Source: Octopus bimaculoides
Lineage: Eukaryota
Reading direction: 5' to 3'
Assembly (NCBI RefSeq): GCF_001194135.2
Contig: NC_068997.1
Location: forward strand, 4,676,936 to 4,740,935
Length of the DNA: 64,000 nt
Part shown: positions 1 to 12,517 of the stretch, in pieces
How positions within the stretch are numbered: position 1 is the stretch's first letter
Layout of the letters: the number at the start of each line of letters is the position of its first letter
The notes under the pieces: model-generated
The model's input: only the letters and a program-made list of their open reading frames with translations
The model's database searches: none
Told to the model about the DNA's origin: nothing
Program-made: the position numbers and the translations under genes

Positions 1-99
1 TGTATATATATATATATATCAACTTTAAATAGAGCTCAAAATTGATCCGTTGAAAATACTTTATTACAACAACAATAACAATAATAATAACAAATAAAT

Positions 100-192
100 A
101 AACCTATGTACATTTCGATAGAACATCCAGAATGATTAATACATATCATAAAATATTACAAAATATAGGATACTCCATCTCCTCAGGGTCCC
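100..192 (-). ncRNA. Type I hammerhead ribozyme, intact core (probable PLE terminal repeat)
   Basis: Minus strand: ggacc-CTGAGGA-gatggagtatcc...ggatgttctatc-GAAAT-GTAC-ATA-ggttt. Stem II has 12 bp including G-U pairs, stem III is minimal with palindrome ATGTACAT, the triplet is AUA and stem I has 5 bp. Confidence 0.75.
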
Positions 193-306
193 ATTATTAT
201 TGCTATCATCACCATCATTATTATTAGCAATACACATCCAAAAAAAACAGAAACCATTCAAATCTAATTTTCATAGTTGACCCATGAAAATATACAAAAC
301 AGGATG

Positions 307-785
307 AAAAAGAGTAAAAGAGTATATGAAACCTGCTAGTGTGGTCACTCTACTCCTGTTTAACTAACCCTTGTCCACTTCAGAGCAGCTTTTGCATGGA
401 GAGTGGCTGGCAAAGTAGTAAAGTAGGACTCAGAAGGTAAAACTATCATTGCAACTCCATGATGTGGGTGTATATATATATATATATATATATTAGAAAA
501 AATAATAATAATAAGCAGGTACTCAGATGTCTGGATGTTGTATATTTACAGATTTGTATTCATATGTCACATGTTTTATAAATTAGCGCTTTCATCTAGT
601 CTTGTAGGTTTATCAAATTTATCAAATTTCTCTCAAAATTTGATAAACCTACAAGACTAGGTGAAAGTGCTAATTTACTTTGCCAGCCACTCTCCATGCA
701 AAAGCTGCTCTGAAGTGGACAAGTGTTAGTTAAACAGGAGTAGAGTGATCACACTAGCAGGTTTCATATACTCTTTTACTCTTTT
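307..785. repeat. ~110-bp inverted repeat (307-417 vs 676-785)
   Basis: The arms are reverse complements with 2 mismatches. The right arm runs into the tail of the adjacent SINE. Confidence 0.9.
580..676. repeat. 39-bp-arm hairpin made of two divergent degenerate hammerhead motifs
   Basis: Arms are 580-618 and 638-676. Each reads aaat-TTGATAA-acct-acaagact-ag(g/a)t-GAAAG-(C/T)G-CTA-attt, an HHR layout with CTGATGA changed to TTGATAA. Confidence 0.7.
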
Positions 786-1176
786 ACTTGTTTCAGTCAT
801 TCGACTGCGGCCATGCTGGAGCACCGCCTTTAGTCGAGCAAATCGACCCTAGGACTTATTCTTTGGAAGCCTAGTACTTATTCTATTGGTCTCTTTTGCC
901 GAACCGCTAAGTTACGGGGATGTAAACACACCAGCATCGGTTGTCAAGCGATGTTGGGGGGACAAACACACACACACAAACATATACACATGACATATAT
1001 ATATATACATATATACGACGGGCTTCTTTCAGTTTCCGTCTACCAAATCCACTCACAAGGCTTTGGTCGGCCCAAGGCTATAGTAGAAGACACTTGCCCA
1101 AGGTGCCACGCAGTGGGACTGAACCCAGAACCATGTGGTTGGTAAGCAAGCTACATACCACACAGTCACTCCTGTA
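771..1176 (-). mobile_element. tRNA-derived SINE family A (OR/CORE-like octopus SINE), near full length
   Basis: tRNA-like head with GGGTTCAGTCCC B-box, core ggcaccttgggcaagtgtcttctactatag, (AGTAAAAG)n tail. Many copies occur in the window. Confidence 0.9.
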
Positions 1177-1294
1177 CATATGTACATATATACACACATA
1201 CTTATGCATGTATGTATTTTTGTATTATATAAAATCCACACATACACACATATTTATACATTTATACATATATGCATGCATATGTATGTGTGCA

Positions 1295-1345
<51 letters not shown>

Positions 1346-1413
1346 NNNNNNNNNNNNNNNNNNNNNNNNNNNNNNNNNNNNNNNNNNNNNNNNNNNNNNN
1401 NNNNNNNNNNNNN

Positions 1414-1470
<57 letters not shown>

Positions 1471-1553
1471 CATACCTAATCATTCTCTGTCTTTTGCTCT
1501 AGTCAATGATAGTGATGTTTTTGTTGAGTGCAGCAACTGTGTACAGTGCCAAA

Positions 1554-1752
1554 CTAAGAGCTGAAAGATGAAGTTAATGGTGTGGAAACTGTAAATGATT
1601 TGATGCAATATGTTGTGACTGCTGCTGCTGCACTTGACACATGCAACTGTTGCATGACAGTGGTTGCTGCAGCGTGGTCCTTTGTAGTAATAGTAGTGGT
1701 GGTGGGAGTATTGGGAAGGATGTGAGTGCACAAGTGTTTTGATTGGCTATTT
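1554..1752 (-). CDS. Candidate terminal exon, Thr/Ser/Ala-rich (NSQSKHLCTHILPNTPTTTTITTK...LTSSFSS*)
   Basis: Acceptor gacacag, phase-2 start, 65 open codons to TAG. Low complexity, no recognisable homology. Confidence 0.28.
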
Positions 1753-1837
1753 CTGTGTCATAGAATCACTCAAGCAAAACTGACCTTCACTACTCTACAT
1801 CATCACCAACAACTATTATTACTATCACCACCACTAT

Positions 1838-1869
<32 letters not shown>

Positions 1870-2771
1870 GTGCTGTTGCTGCTACTACTTCATAGAACTA
1901 TGACAACCAACCACCGCCATCTTCAAACTATTATCACCACTACCACTAATACCATCACCACTACTAAATACTCTCCAACTCTTCAGTATATACTGAGTAT
2001 TCGATGTATACTGGGTACTCTTGTTCCCTTTCGATATACTGATTATATTAACCCATTCTTCACCCATTGTTCAGTTTACTTTAAGTACTCCTGTACTCTC
2101 CTGTACACTCCTCATAAAGCATTAATTTTCTTAAATTCAGGAGTTTACAATAGATTTGTACATCTACCAAGATGTTAAGATGCAATGCATTGTCAGAGAG
2201 AGACTTCGCTACTATATTTAACACGTCAATCAACAACCTGACTCTCATTAACACTTCTCTACACCTCATTCTTTTTTCTGTTCTCTGTCTTCACATTATT
2301 ATCCTTGTTGTGTCATTTGAGCTAATTTTTTTTTTGTTTCTAAATTGCTTTTAGTATTGTTTATAGTTGTTAGTATTTTTGTTGTTGCTATTAGCAATGT
2401 GCATCAGCATTGTTGTTGTTGCTGTTGTTGTTAGCAATGTGTGTTAGTATTTCTCTATTGACTTGAAGAAATCAATGCATAAAACAAAAGTTTTTTTTTT
2501 AAAATCAATATTCCTATCGATAGTCTTTCAATGATTGTATCTATATATATATTGGTGTTGAAGTGTGTGTATGTGTGTGTGTGGAGAGAGAGAGAGAGAG
2601 AGAGATCAACAGATTAACAGAGAGAAAAATAAATATATGCACATGTTTGTGTGTGTTATATGTATGTATGTATATATGTGTATGTGTAGAGAGAGGCGGG
2701 AGGAAGAAATCAACAGGCTGACAGAGACAAATAGATAAATAGATAATGTACATATATGTGAGAGAGAGACA

Positions 2772-2807
<36 letters not shown>

Positions 2808-2849
2808 AAGATGCACACATATTTGAGTGTGTGTATGTTTGTATATGTC

Positions 2850-2911
<62 letters not shown>

Positions 2912-3139
2912 GAGACACACGCACATTCACAGACAGGTAGAGAGAGAAAGATATATATATATATATACATATTTGTGTGTATGTACACAGACTGGTCTAA
3001 CCTACAGTTAATGGTTCACCAGTTACGGACACTGAAGTATTAGTAAGAAATCAATCAGAGTTTTCTACAAATATTTCAATTGCTATCCTCATCAAGTTTC
3101 TAATTGTTCAACATAAATATTGAAACAGCTGAACTATAT

Positions 3140-3465
3140 AAATATTTAAATAGCTTTAAACTGGACGAATTTAAAAGACAATACTGGGTGCCCTTGAAAA
3201 ATAAAGCAACAGTAAGTATCTTCAAAAGAAAACAGCAAAAACCTTTAAAAGGTAACATTGTGTACTTTAAAAAAAAATGATGCCAAGTACCTTTAAAAAA
3301 ACAATAGCAAGGACTTTCAAAAGACAACAGTAAGAATTTTTAAGGAGCAACTCTGAGTATCTTTAAAAGAAAAACTGTGAAGAACTTTGGAAAGCAGCAT
3401 TAATTACCTTCAAATTGCAAATCTAAATACTTTTAAAAGGTAATACTAAGTATGTTTAGGGAAGA
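3140..3465. repeat. Degenerate ~23-bp minisatellite (ctttaaaagacaacagtaagtat-like)
   Basis: Recurrent ctttaaaa...aagta units. One more unit lies at ~4425-4450, beyond the mariner insertion. Confidence 0.5.
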
Positions 3466-3467
3466 CA

Positions 3468-4136
3468 TGAGTGTAAGTCAAAAATTGTCCACACTTTTGC
3501 CATAACATATCTTTATTATTGTCACACTGCCTTCTGCGCATGCATACTTATAGTTGGTACTATTGTGGTCACATGATCAAAGTTTGAGCCTGATTGCACC
3601 ATTTTTCTTTTTGGTTTTACAGTGTAAGCATGGCTGCTCCACTAGCGATGTGCACCATAGAAGAATAAAGAGCAGTGATCCGATTTCTCTGGTCTAAAGA
3701 TGCGTCAGATGCTGAAATTCATTGAAGGCTTTTAGCACAATACGGGGACAGTGTACTACCACATAGAAGTGTGTTTGAGTGGATTGAGAAGTTTAATAAT
3801 GGCAAGACAAGTCTGATGCACAAAGAGGGAGCAGGATGCCCATCAATATCCACCACTGATGAGAAGATTCAACAAGCTTGAGAGATGGTAATGGTAAACC
3901 AGCACCACCATTACCATCTCTTGGATCACTGCTCTTTGTTCTTCTTTGGTGCACATTGCTAGTGGAGCAGCTATGCTTACACTGTAAAGCCAGAAAGAGA
4001 AATGGCATGATCAGGCTCAAACTTTGATCACATAACCACAGTAGTACCAGCTATAAGCATGCATGCGCAGAAGGCAGTGTGACTAATAAAAATATGTTAT
4101 AATGAAAGTGTGAATAATTTTTAACTTCCCCTTGTA
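3468..4136. mobile_element. Mariner-derived foldback element made of two 5' ends
   Basis: TIR tgagtgtaagtcaaaaattgtccacac / gtgtgaataattttttaacttccccttgta. The ~215-bp arms both contain the transposase start MAAPLAMCTIEE. Confidence 0.85.
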
Positions 4137-4501
4137 CATGGCCTAAAAATTAGAGTATCAGCTCACAAGGTTTAGGCTCAGTTCCTAGGGTGGGTGGTAC
4201 TTTGTACCCTTACGCAAGGCAGCATTCTAGTCAGCTGTAATGAACTCTCTTTGTCCCCATCTTTTACATCCTGTATATGTTGTTGGGTCAAGGCTGAGAC
4301 TGCTGTAAAGGTATCTATGTCTGCTCGTGATTACATACAGTGTACCTAAAACAAGTAGCAAAATTATGGTACTTGTTACTAAACCATACTCACGTGTGAG
4401 TGATGTCTACCTGTACTGTATTTTTAAGTATCTTTTAAAAGACAACAGTCAGAGTGCTGAATCTGTTAAAATAAACTACCAGTAATGTAATGGAGTTGGT
4501 A

Positions 4502-5290
4502 CTAGGGGAAGTCAAAAATTATCCACACTTTTGCCAAAACTTTAAGTTGGCCACACTGCTTTCATTGCTCACATACTAAAAAATGCTATTCTTGTGGTTA
4601 TATAACCAGGTTTTGACCTTGATTGTTCCTGTTTCCTTACTTGTGTTACAGAGTAAACACAACTATTCTGCTTGCAATGTGCACCAAGGAAGAAGAGAGA
4701 TCAGTGATCTGATTTCTCTCGTCTGAAAGTGTGTCTGGGGCTGAAATTCTTCACAAGCTTTCAGCACAATACAGGGAGAGCACACTACGACATAGAAGTG
4801 TGTATGAATAGATTGAAAAGCTTAAAAATGGCCGGAACAAGTGTGAAGCATGAAGAGATAGCAGAACATTCATCAACCTCCACTACTGACATAAGGATTC
4901 AACAAGCTCAAGAAATGGTTGTGGTAAAATGATGGGTGACCATAGAGAGGGTGGCATGTTCTCTACAAATTAGTCATGTTTCTGCAAACATAATCATCCA
5001 TGACAAGCTTTGCTTTTGTAAAGTCTGTACAAGATAGGTGTCAAGAGAGCTTATCAAGGTGCATAAGCACAATTGTGTGGAGATCTGTCAATATTTACAC
5101 AACCACTACAAGATGAAGGTGAAGCTTTTTGAAGAGAGAATAGTCATAGATGAGACCTGGGTCCATCACTTTCAGTGAGAACCCAAAAGGCAGAGTATGG
5201 CATCACCCACAAAAAGTAAATTCAAGACTCAACCTTCTGCAGAAAAAGTGATGTTAATCATTTTTTTGGATGCACAAAGGCTCTCAATGA
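4502..5290 (+). mobile_element. Mariner transposon, 5' half, decayed transposase
   Basis: TIR aggggaagtcaaaaattatccacac. HTH region (RSVYE-IEK..GRTSVKHEE), DETWVHH first catalytic Asp, FKTQPSAEKVM..IFLDA. Confidence 0.9.
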
Positions 5291-5349
5291 GTTCACTTGT
5301 GTAACTGAAAAGAATTGTTTGTTTGTATTTTCCAAAATATTCTCTGAGA

Positions 5350-5960
5350 AAACTTCTGAGTATTGGCTAGTTGATGACATGGTGTAATACTACACAGTGA
5401 TATTATGGTGCAATACTGCATGATTATCCCATGATGCAACACTGCATGGTGATGTCATGGTGCAACACTGCATGGTTATGTGGTTCAGTACTACGTAGTG
5501 ATGTCAAAGTGTAGTACTGGATAGTGATGTGGTACAACATTGCATGGTGATGTTGTAGTGCAAAACTGCATAATGATGCCATGATGCAAAACTGTATGGT
5601 AATGGCATGATGTAATACTGCATATTGATGTAATGGTGCAACATCACTTAATGATGATATGATGCAATATCACACAACAATTTCAGGGTGCAGCAACTAC
5701 ATAGTAACTGCAGAGTGCAGCACCACATAGTGTTTTCAATAAGCATCAGTGAAGTAATGTCAGTGCAACACTGCAATGTCAAGTTACAATACAACAGAGA
5801 TGTCAAGGTGCTCTACAGCAGGGATAGCATTGTGCAATATTGCAGTGATGCTGTGGGTGCAACATCAAAGAGTTGGTGCAGTGCATTGCAGCAACATTTC
5901 CATGATATAACATTGATACTACTTTGCAACAACACAGCATTGATACCAATGAAGTTGCAA
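5350..5960. repeat. Degenerate 26-bp minisatellite (atggtgatgtcatggtgcaacactgc)
   Basis: gcaa(c/t)actgc recurs at 5410, 5436 and 5462 (period 26) and decays rightward. Confidence 0.75.
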
Positions 5961-6087
5961 TAGGCACTGTTATGCTCAACAACAAAAACAATTGATTTTC
6001 TAAATTAGTGCTTCTATAGACCCTTTTGATTCCAAGTTTACTTGGATGGACACTCATAGCCATTTTTGATGTTTAAAAATCTTATTA

Positions 6088-6600
6088 TATTGGGTCATCC
6101 CATAAATAATGTGGGTTTTTTTATACTTCTTTCATTTTTCAAAATTAAGATAAACAGAGTTCTTTTTAATCTAAAATATACTCTCCTTCATTTTCTACAA
6201 TGCTCTTCTTTATATCTGGTAGACTTGCAAAGCCCCTCTTCCAAAATTCTTGTCCATGATGAAAAATACTTCTCCAGTACTGTTCTAACCTCATCTACAG
6301 AATTCATATTTTTTCTGTCCAAATGGTTTTGAAGACTGCGGAATAAATGATAATCAGATGGTGCAATGTCTGGCGAATATGGTGGGTGGGGCATCATTTC
6401 CCATTCAAACTGCTCCAGCCTTTGGAATGTCATCCTCACATTATCCTGACAGAAGAACACCTTTCGTCTTGAAATCAAAGATGGTCTTTTTTCTTCTAGC
6501 GCTAATTGGAGCCACTCAAGCTGCTCACAGTAGATCTCCTTTGTTATCATTTGGTTTGGGTTTAAAAATTGAACACACGATTTCACATCAAAAATCTTAC
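6088..6600 (-). mobile_element. Mariner transposon 3' half (DD34D catalytic C-terminus)
   Basis: ORF 6188-6631 contains QDN...MMPHPPYSPDIAPSDYHLFRSLQNHL. TIR ttgggtcatcccataaataatg at 6089. Confidence 0.92.
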
Positions 6601-7019
6601 AAAACAAATATATATATATATATATATACATATATGTAGAACTTTTAGAATTTATGAAGGGGAAGGGGATATATGTAGAACTTTTAGAATATATGTAGAA
6701 CTTCTAGAATTTATGAAGGGGAAGGGGATGGGCCAAAAATAAATTGTTTTTTTGCATAATCATATAAATTCCTGTGTGTAGAACACAAATTTGCAAAAAA
6801 TTTCTAAAGATTCCAAAAAGCCAAGATGTTATGAGGGTTTATATGGGGTACCTAAACCAGAATTCCACCCAATAGCCATCTTACATTTTCCTCTTACCAA
6901 TCCCAGTAACAATACATTGGTCAGTGGCCATAACACAAGATACCAGCCTCCCGTGTGACACAGCAGGTACAAATATCACACATGGCTATGAAGCCAACTT
7001 CTAAACCACATGTTCATAT

Positions 7020-7370
7020 CTGCTGTATGGCTCAATAGTTCGGAAGTTTATTTTACAATCATAGGGGCTCAGGTTCAATCCCACTGCATGGTATCTGAGG
7101 CAAGTTTCATTATCATAGAAGCCCAAGTCTTGGGAGTGGAAGAGGGAAGGTGAAAATTGGGTTGCAGTGGCCTATCAGATGGATCATATCTGTAATTCAA
7201 AGAGCCTGGCTTGGCCTGGCCTGGTCACGCACTGTGTCACACTGATTCTGCCTGAGAATTACATTGAGAATACACATTGCTGTGAAATACTCAGCCACTT
7301 CTACACCAATTTAATGAGCTTATTAATTTGGCTGATCAAAATACTGAATTTTCATCATCACAGCTGACAA
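7020..7370 (+). mobile_element. tRNA-derived SINE family C, decayed
   Basis: tggctcaatagtt...ggttcaatcccactg head and a body matching 10605-10925. Confidence 0.6.
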
Positions 7371-8204
7371 AGATCTAGCTGTGTGTGTGTATGTGTGTGC
7401 ATGTGTTCTGATTTGACAGCCAAATAATTGATCTTTAATTAGAATCATTCGAGACCTGACATAATGTATACATAAGGTTTATTTCACAATTAGCTTAAAG
7501 TTTAGAGCTGCTGCTGCTACTACTGCTACTACTACTACTACTACCTTATCGCAATCATTAACTTTCTCACTCAAATCTCTTCTAGCTCCAAATCTATTTG
7601 CCAGTTCATTTCTTCAGGTATGTACACTGGTTTCTTCTTCTTCTTCTTCTTCTGCTTCTTCTGCTTCTTCTTCTTCTTCTTCTTCTTCTTGGCAGCCTTT
7701 TTTTTTTTACATCAATCTTGAAAGAAGTTAAACTTTAGAGAATATATTATTGCATGCAGGTGGCAAGGGTATACAATCCTATTCTACAGTACACAGGGTA
7801 TATATCCTCTAATTTTGTGTTGACTAGTATCTAGATAGTGGAATTTGGTTTAGGGTAATAACTGTGCAGGTGCCACTGAATGTGTGTGTGCACACATGTG
7901 TGTTCCCAAAATGAATTATGTATGTATTGAGAAACAAATAGATAAATAGACAGATATTTGATATGACAATTATTATCATAACCATAATTTTAAAACAACT
8001 ATACTTCAGTCTCTTAATGAAATTTCTTGAATAAATAGAAATTATAGGTACAAGTATGGTTGTATCATTAAGAGGCTGGCTTGCCTCTGGTTTCAAGGTC
8101 AGTCCTACTGTGCAGTACCTTGCACAAGTGTCTTCTATTATACCACTGGCTGACCAATACCTTGAGAGTGGATTTTGTTGATGGAAACTGAAAGAGGTCC
8201 ATCA

Positions 8205-8520
8205 TTCATCATCATCATCACCGTTTGACGTCCATCTTCCACACATGCATGGGTAAGACTGTTGACAGGAGCTGGCCAGGTAGAAAAACTACCCTAGACT
8301 ACTGTGTCTGTTTTGGCAGGGATTTTATGGCTGGATGCCGTTCTTAACACCAACCACTCCACAGAGTGGACTCAGTACTTTTTATGTGACACTAACACAG
8401 GTGAGGTTAGTTTTGGCATGATTTTTTTACAGCTAGATGCCCTTCCAAGCACCAACTACATTACAGTGTGGACTGGATGATTTTTAACATGGCACCAGCA
8501 CTGGCAGGGCAACCAAGTAA
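8205..8520 (-). mobile_element. RTE-LINE 3' UTR end
   Basis: (CAT)n tail plus ccatgc..gcatggg and ggctggatgccgttcttaacaccaaccac motifs shared with the other RTE ends. Confidence 0.75.
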
Positions 8521-8618
8521 CTTGCAAAACAAGGAATTATGGGAGGGGTAGGTGCAGGGGCATTTGAGGAGGGGAACTTGTGTCAGAGGATGAAAGGTTA
8601 GAGTGTAACAAAGAGTGA

Positions 8619-8667
<49 letters not shown>

Positions 8668-8740
8668 CATATATATGTATATATATGGTGGGCTTTTTCC
8701 AAGGAATTTTGCAAAATAAATACATGAACATATATATATA

Positions 8741-9612
8741 TAAGAGATGCTTTCAAAAAGTATCCAACTTCATATTTTCCCACCAAAATTAATGCTGCAT
8801 GGGCAAAATCATTTGAGTGGGAGGTGATGCTATCCTTCTTGCACATGTATGAAAGTTGTAGCGCTAGTAGGCAGTATCACTTTCCAGCTGCTACACCTAG
8901 AGTATACATGTAGTGCACACTCATTGGATTTTCATTTTCATACAAGATGACTGAATGCATCAAGCAAAGACCATAAACCCATGTCTCATCATCAGGGATA
9001 ATGGTCTTCATGAAGTTTGGGTCATGGCTTGCACAGTCCAGTCTGTCCTGAGGAATTTCCAGGTGGAGTTGCTTCTGCTGCTCCAGTAGCACATTGAGGA
9101 CGAATTTCACCCAACACTGTCCACATGCTCAAATTCTCTGTTAAAATGAAATGCACTGATCCTGTGCTTATTCCCACTATGTGAGCAATTTCCCGGATTG
9201 TTACATGATGGTTTTCCATAACTATTTGCTGAACCTTCTCAATTGGTGCTTCGTTTCGGATTGTGGATGGCCTGCCTGCACTGAGGTGGACCAAGTTTGA
9301 GGTAGTTGTACCACATTTTGATCTGAGCCTGCTGAATCTTCTGGATTCGAACTTGAATATCACCAAGCTTTTGGCAAAATTTGATGCACTGTTTCTGCTC
9401 CATACATTCACTGAAAATGAAAATCTAAGTAACATGCACAACATGTCTGCACCCTAAACATAATAGCCAGAAACTGACTTGACCTACCAGCATGAAAATT
9501 TTCATGCATACACAAGGGTGGCACCACCTCTCACTCAAAGGATTTTGACCATGCAGCTTTACTTTTGGTGGGGAAAAATAAAGTCATATGATAGTTTTTG
9601 AACACACCTCAT
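8741..9612 (-). mobile_element. Internally deleted mariner with long (~130-bp) inverted ends
   Basis: Ends gagatgctttcaaaaagtatccaact / agtcatatgatagtttttgaacacacctca with TA flanks. Transposase remnants AGRPSTIRNE..VTIREIAHIVGIS and DPNFMKTIIPDDETWVYG. Confidence 0.9.
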
Positions 9613-9833
9613 ATGTGGGTGTATATGTGGGTGTATATGTATGCAGATAATGGGTTTTTGTACATTTATTACCTATGGTCAGATTCCTTATTTTGGTAGC
9701 CAGTATGTGGTAGCACTGAAGAAGATAAAGGAGCTGGTCCATTCTATATTTTTTCAGTTTCTATCTACAAAATCCATTCACAAGACTTTGGTTAGCCTGG
9801 AGTTATTGTAGAAAACACTTGACACATAACTTG

Positions 9834-9887
<54 letters not shown>

Positions 9888-10604
9888 ATAACCATACTTA
9901 AAAATATTCAAATACTAACTGAAAATGCACATCTTCCCCAACCTACCCCTTCCCTCCTTCAACTGTGTGTGTTGTTTCTTTTTATGTCATGCAACCTAAC
10001 AGTTCAGCAAACTGACATTGAAAATAAAGTAGCAAACTGAAATAAGTCAAGGGGTTGTATGATTGACTAGATACCTACTCTACTCAAACATCACTCAACA
10101 TTACATGCAGTCCACCAAAATATATCTCTACTATGTCCAGTCAGCATTTTATGTGAGACACTTTCAATTCAATAGCACACGACTCTATAATAACCACCCA
10201 ACAACTGAGCACAGCCCACATAACACCAAATCAATCAACAGAACAGATACTCTACACAATTACCACACAATAAAAAAACACGACACCCATGCTCCTACAT
10301 AACCTATACCTGACACTGTAACACCAATAACCTGCTTTCCAGACAGCTGAAACCAATTAATACTGCACAAACCACACACCACATTTGCTACAGTAAAAGC
10401 CGGCACTAAAACATAGAACACCAATTACACATTTCACAGGAAACACAAACACCACCCTTTAAAAGAACACCAATCGCATATTGTTATATAATCAATACCT
10501 GACATTATAAGGCTAACATTTGTCACAGGTATGAGAGTTTTTGGCGCAGTTATTTTTGCGCTGCCTGTTTGGTGTCACTGATACAATTCTGACTTTTTTA
10601 ACAT

Positions 10605-10925
10605 GAGTTGAAGGTGCATGGTTTGGTGGTTAGGCTATTTGGCTCACAGTCATGAGTTCAATTCCTGGTGGCATATTCTGTCCTTGAGCAAGACACTTTT
10701 ATTTCACATTGCTCCAGTCCACTCAGCTGGCAAAAACGAGTTGTACTTGTAATTCAAAGAGCGAGCTTTGTCGCATTCTGTGTCACACTGAATCCCCCTG
10801 GGAACTACATTATGGGTATGCATATCTGTGGAGTGCTCAGCCACTTGCGTGTTAATTTCACAAACAGGTTGTTCAGTTGATTGGATTCATTGGAACTCTC
10901 TCGTCGTTGTCACCAACAAGGTGCC
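10605..10925 (+). mobile_element. tRNA-derived SINE family C
   Basis: Head ggtgcatggtttggtggttagg...gagttcaattcctgg, body ttgctccagtccactcagctggc. Homologous to 54085-54385. Confidence 0.85.
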
Positions 10926-12004
10926 AGTTATTTAGCATCAAATGTTTTAAAGTTTCTTTTGTTCTCTCCCTCCCTCCCCTTTTTTCTTCTCTCTCTCCCC
11001 CTCCCTCCTCCTTTCTTCCTCTCTCTCTCTCTCTCTCTCCATATAGCTGTATGTAGGTGAGGAAAGGCAAAGTATTTTGGTCAATCATGTTCATTTAATA
11101 ACTTGCAATGTCTCTCTCCCTATCTCTATGAGTATATTTCTCTGCACATGTGTGTGTGTATGTATTTGCTTCCAGAGTTAAAACATACTGTCACCGAAAC
11201 AGGCTGAATGTTCAGTTAGCTTTCAAACTCATAGTGTCCAAAAAACTGTGCCCAATCATCTCATTTGGATCTCACACAATTTATCTTCAAGAGACTTGCT
11301 ATAAATCACCAATTACGCAGCACATACTCTACACAATATCCTACACAATAACCACGGTCCAATTATAAAATACATAGCACAATTACACAGCAGAGTGTTT
11401 AAACAATAACCATTGTCGAATACTAAGACACTCTACACTAGTCACACAGCTCAACTCTACACAGTCCAATAATAAAATGCACAGCACAAACTCTACACAA
11501 CAACCATTGTCCACGTGATCACACAGCACATATTCTGCACCAGTGTTTCTTACATTTTTTTTTCTCTGATAATTCACTTCAATCTTCCAAACAAATATGC
11601 ACCTCATCTACAACACCACCACCATGAATGGACAAAGTTTCCATATAACCAGCTACGTACCCTATGTAACATATATAATATATACACTATTGAAAAGCAT
11701 GATGCTACAGTTTTGTCTGAGAGAATGTATTCACTATTCACTACATATTGAAGAAGACAAATTTCATTTAGGCATGTGACATCCAGCTGCATGTCAGTGA
11801 CAAGACTCAAGGAGGCTGAAACACATCTGACATTCTCATACCCTGATATATATAGTTTTCAACACAATATGTCTATAAAATGATTCTATCTCAGACAAAA
11901 ACCACAGCAGCATATCTTTCAACTGTGTATATACATTCAGTTTGGTACACAGATGTTGATTTTAAATTTAATGCTGTTTCAATTGCATACCAAGATGTTT
12001 ATAT

Positions 12005-12047
<43 letters not shown>

Positions 12048-12517
12048 TGAAAATATATTTTAATTCAAACTTTATTGCAAGTTTTATTCACTTGTTGCTT
12101 GCTCATTCCTCATTCTGAAGTCCTATCCCTCCACAAAAATATTGCTGTGCCCCCACTGGTGGGGCATGCATCCCAAATCCCCAAACCAGTCATAGGAAAA
12201 CTGCAGCCCATGGGACTTTTTGAGTGGCACACTTAACAAAATGTTGCTTTGAAATTCTTAGTAGTGCAGCCTGCTTGATGATGAGCTCTGTATCATACAG
12301 CCCACTTGTTGAAAACGTCTTGTCCATGCCTGCCTTAAACAAACTTATATAGAAGACAGAACCATTCTACCTCACATTCCCAAAAGACAATGCTACCCAC
12401 AGCTCAAGAACACTGAGGTACACATGGTGGTTTACAGAAACTTGCATAAAACTCAAAAACATAAGTAGTAATAATCCTTTTTGCTATGGCTATAAGACCT
12501 GAATTTTTTATGGATTA

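Noticed and set aside
12190-12340. Minus-strand exon AGMDKTFSTSGLYDTELIIKQ...
   Set aside because: It does not fit the phase of neighbouring candidates without an early stop, and has no homology support.
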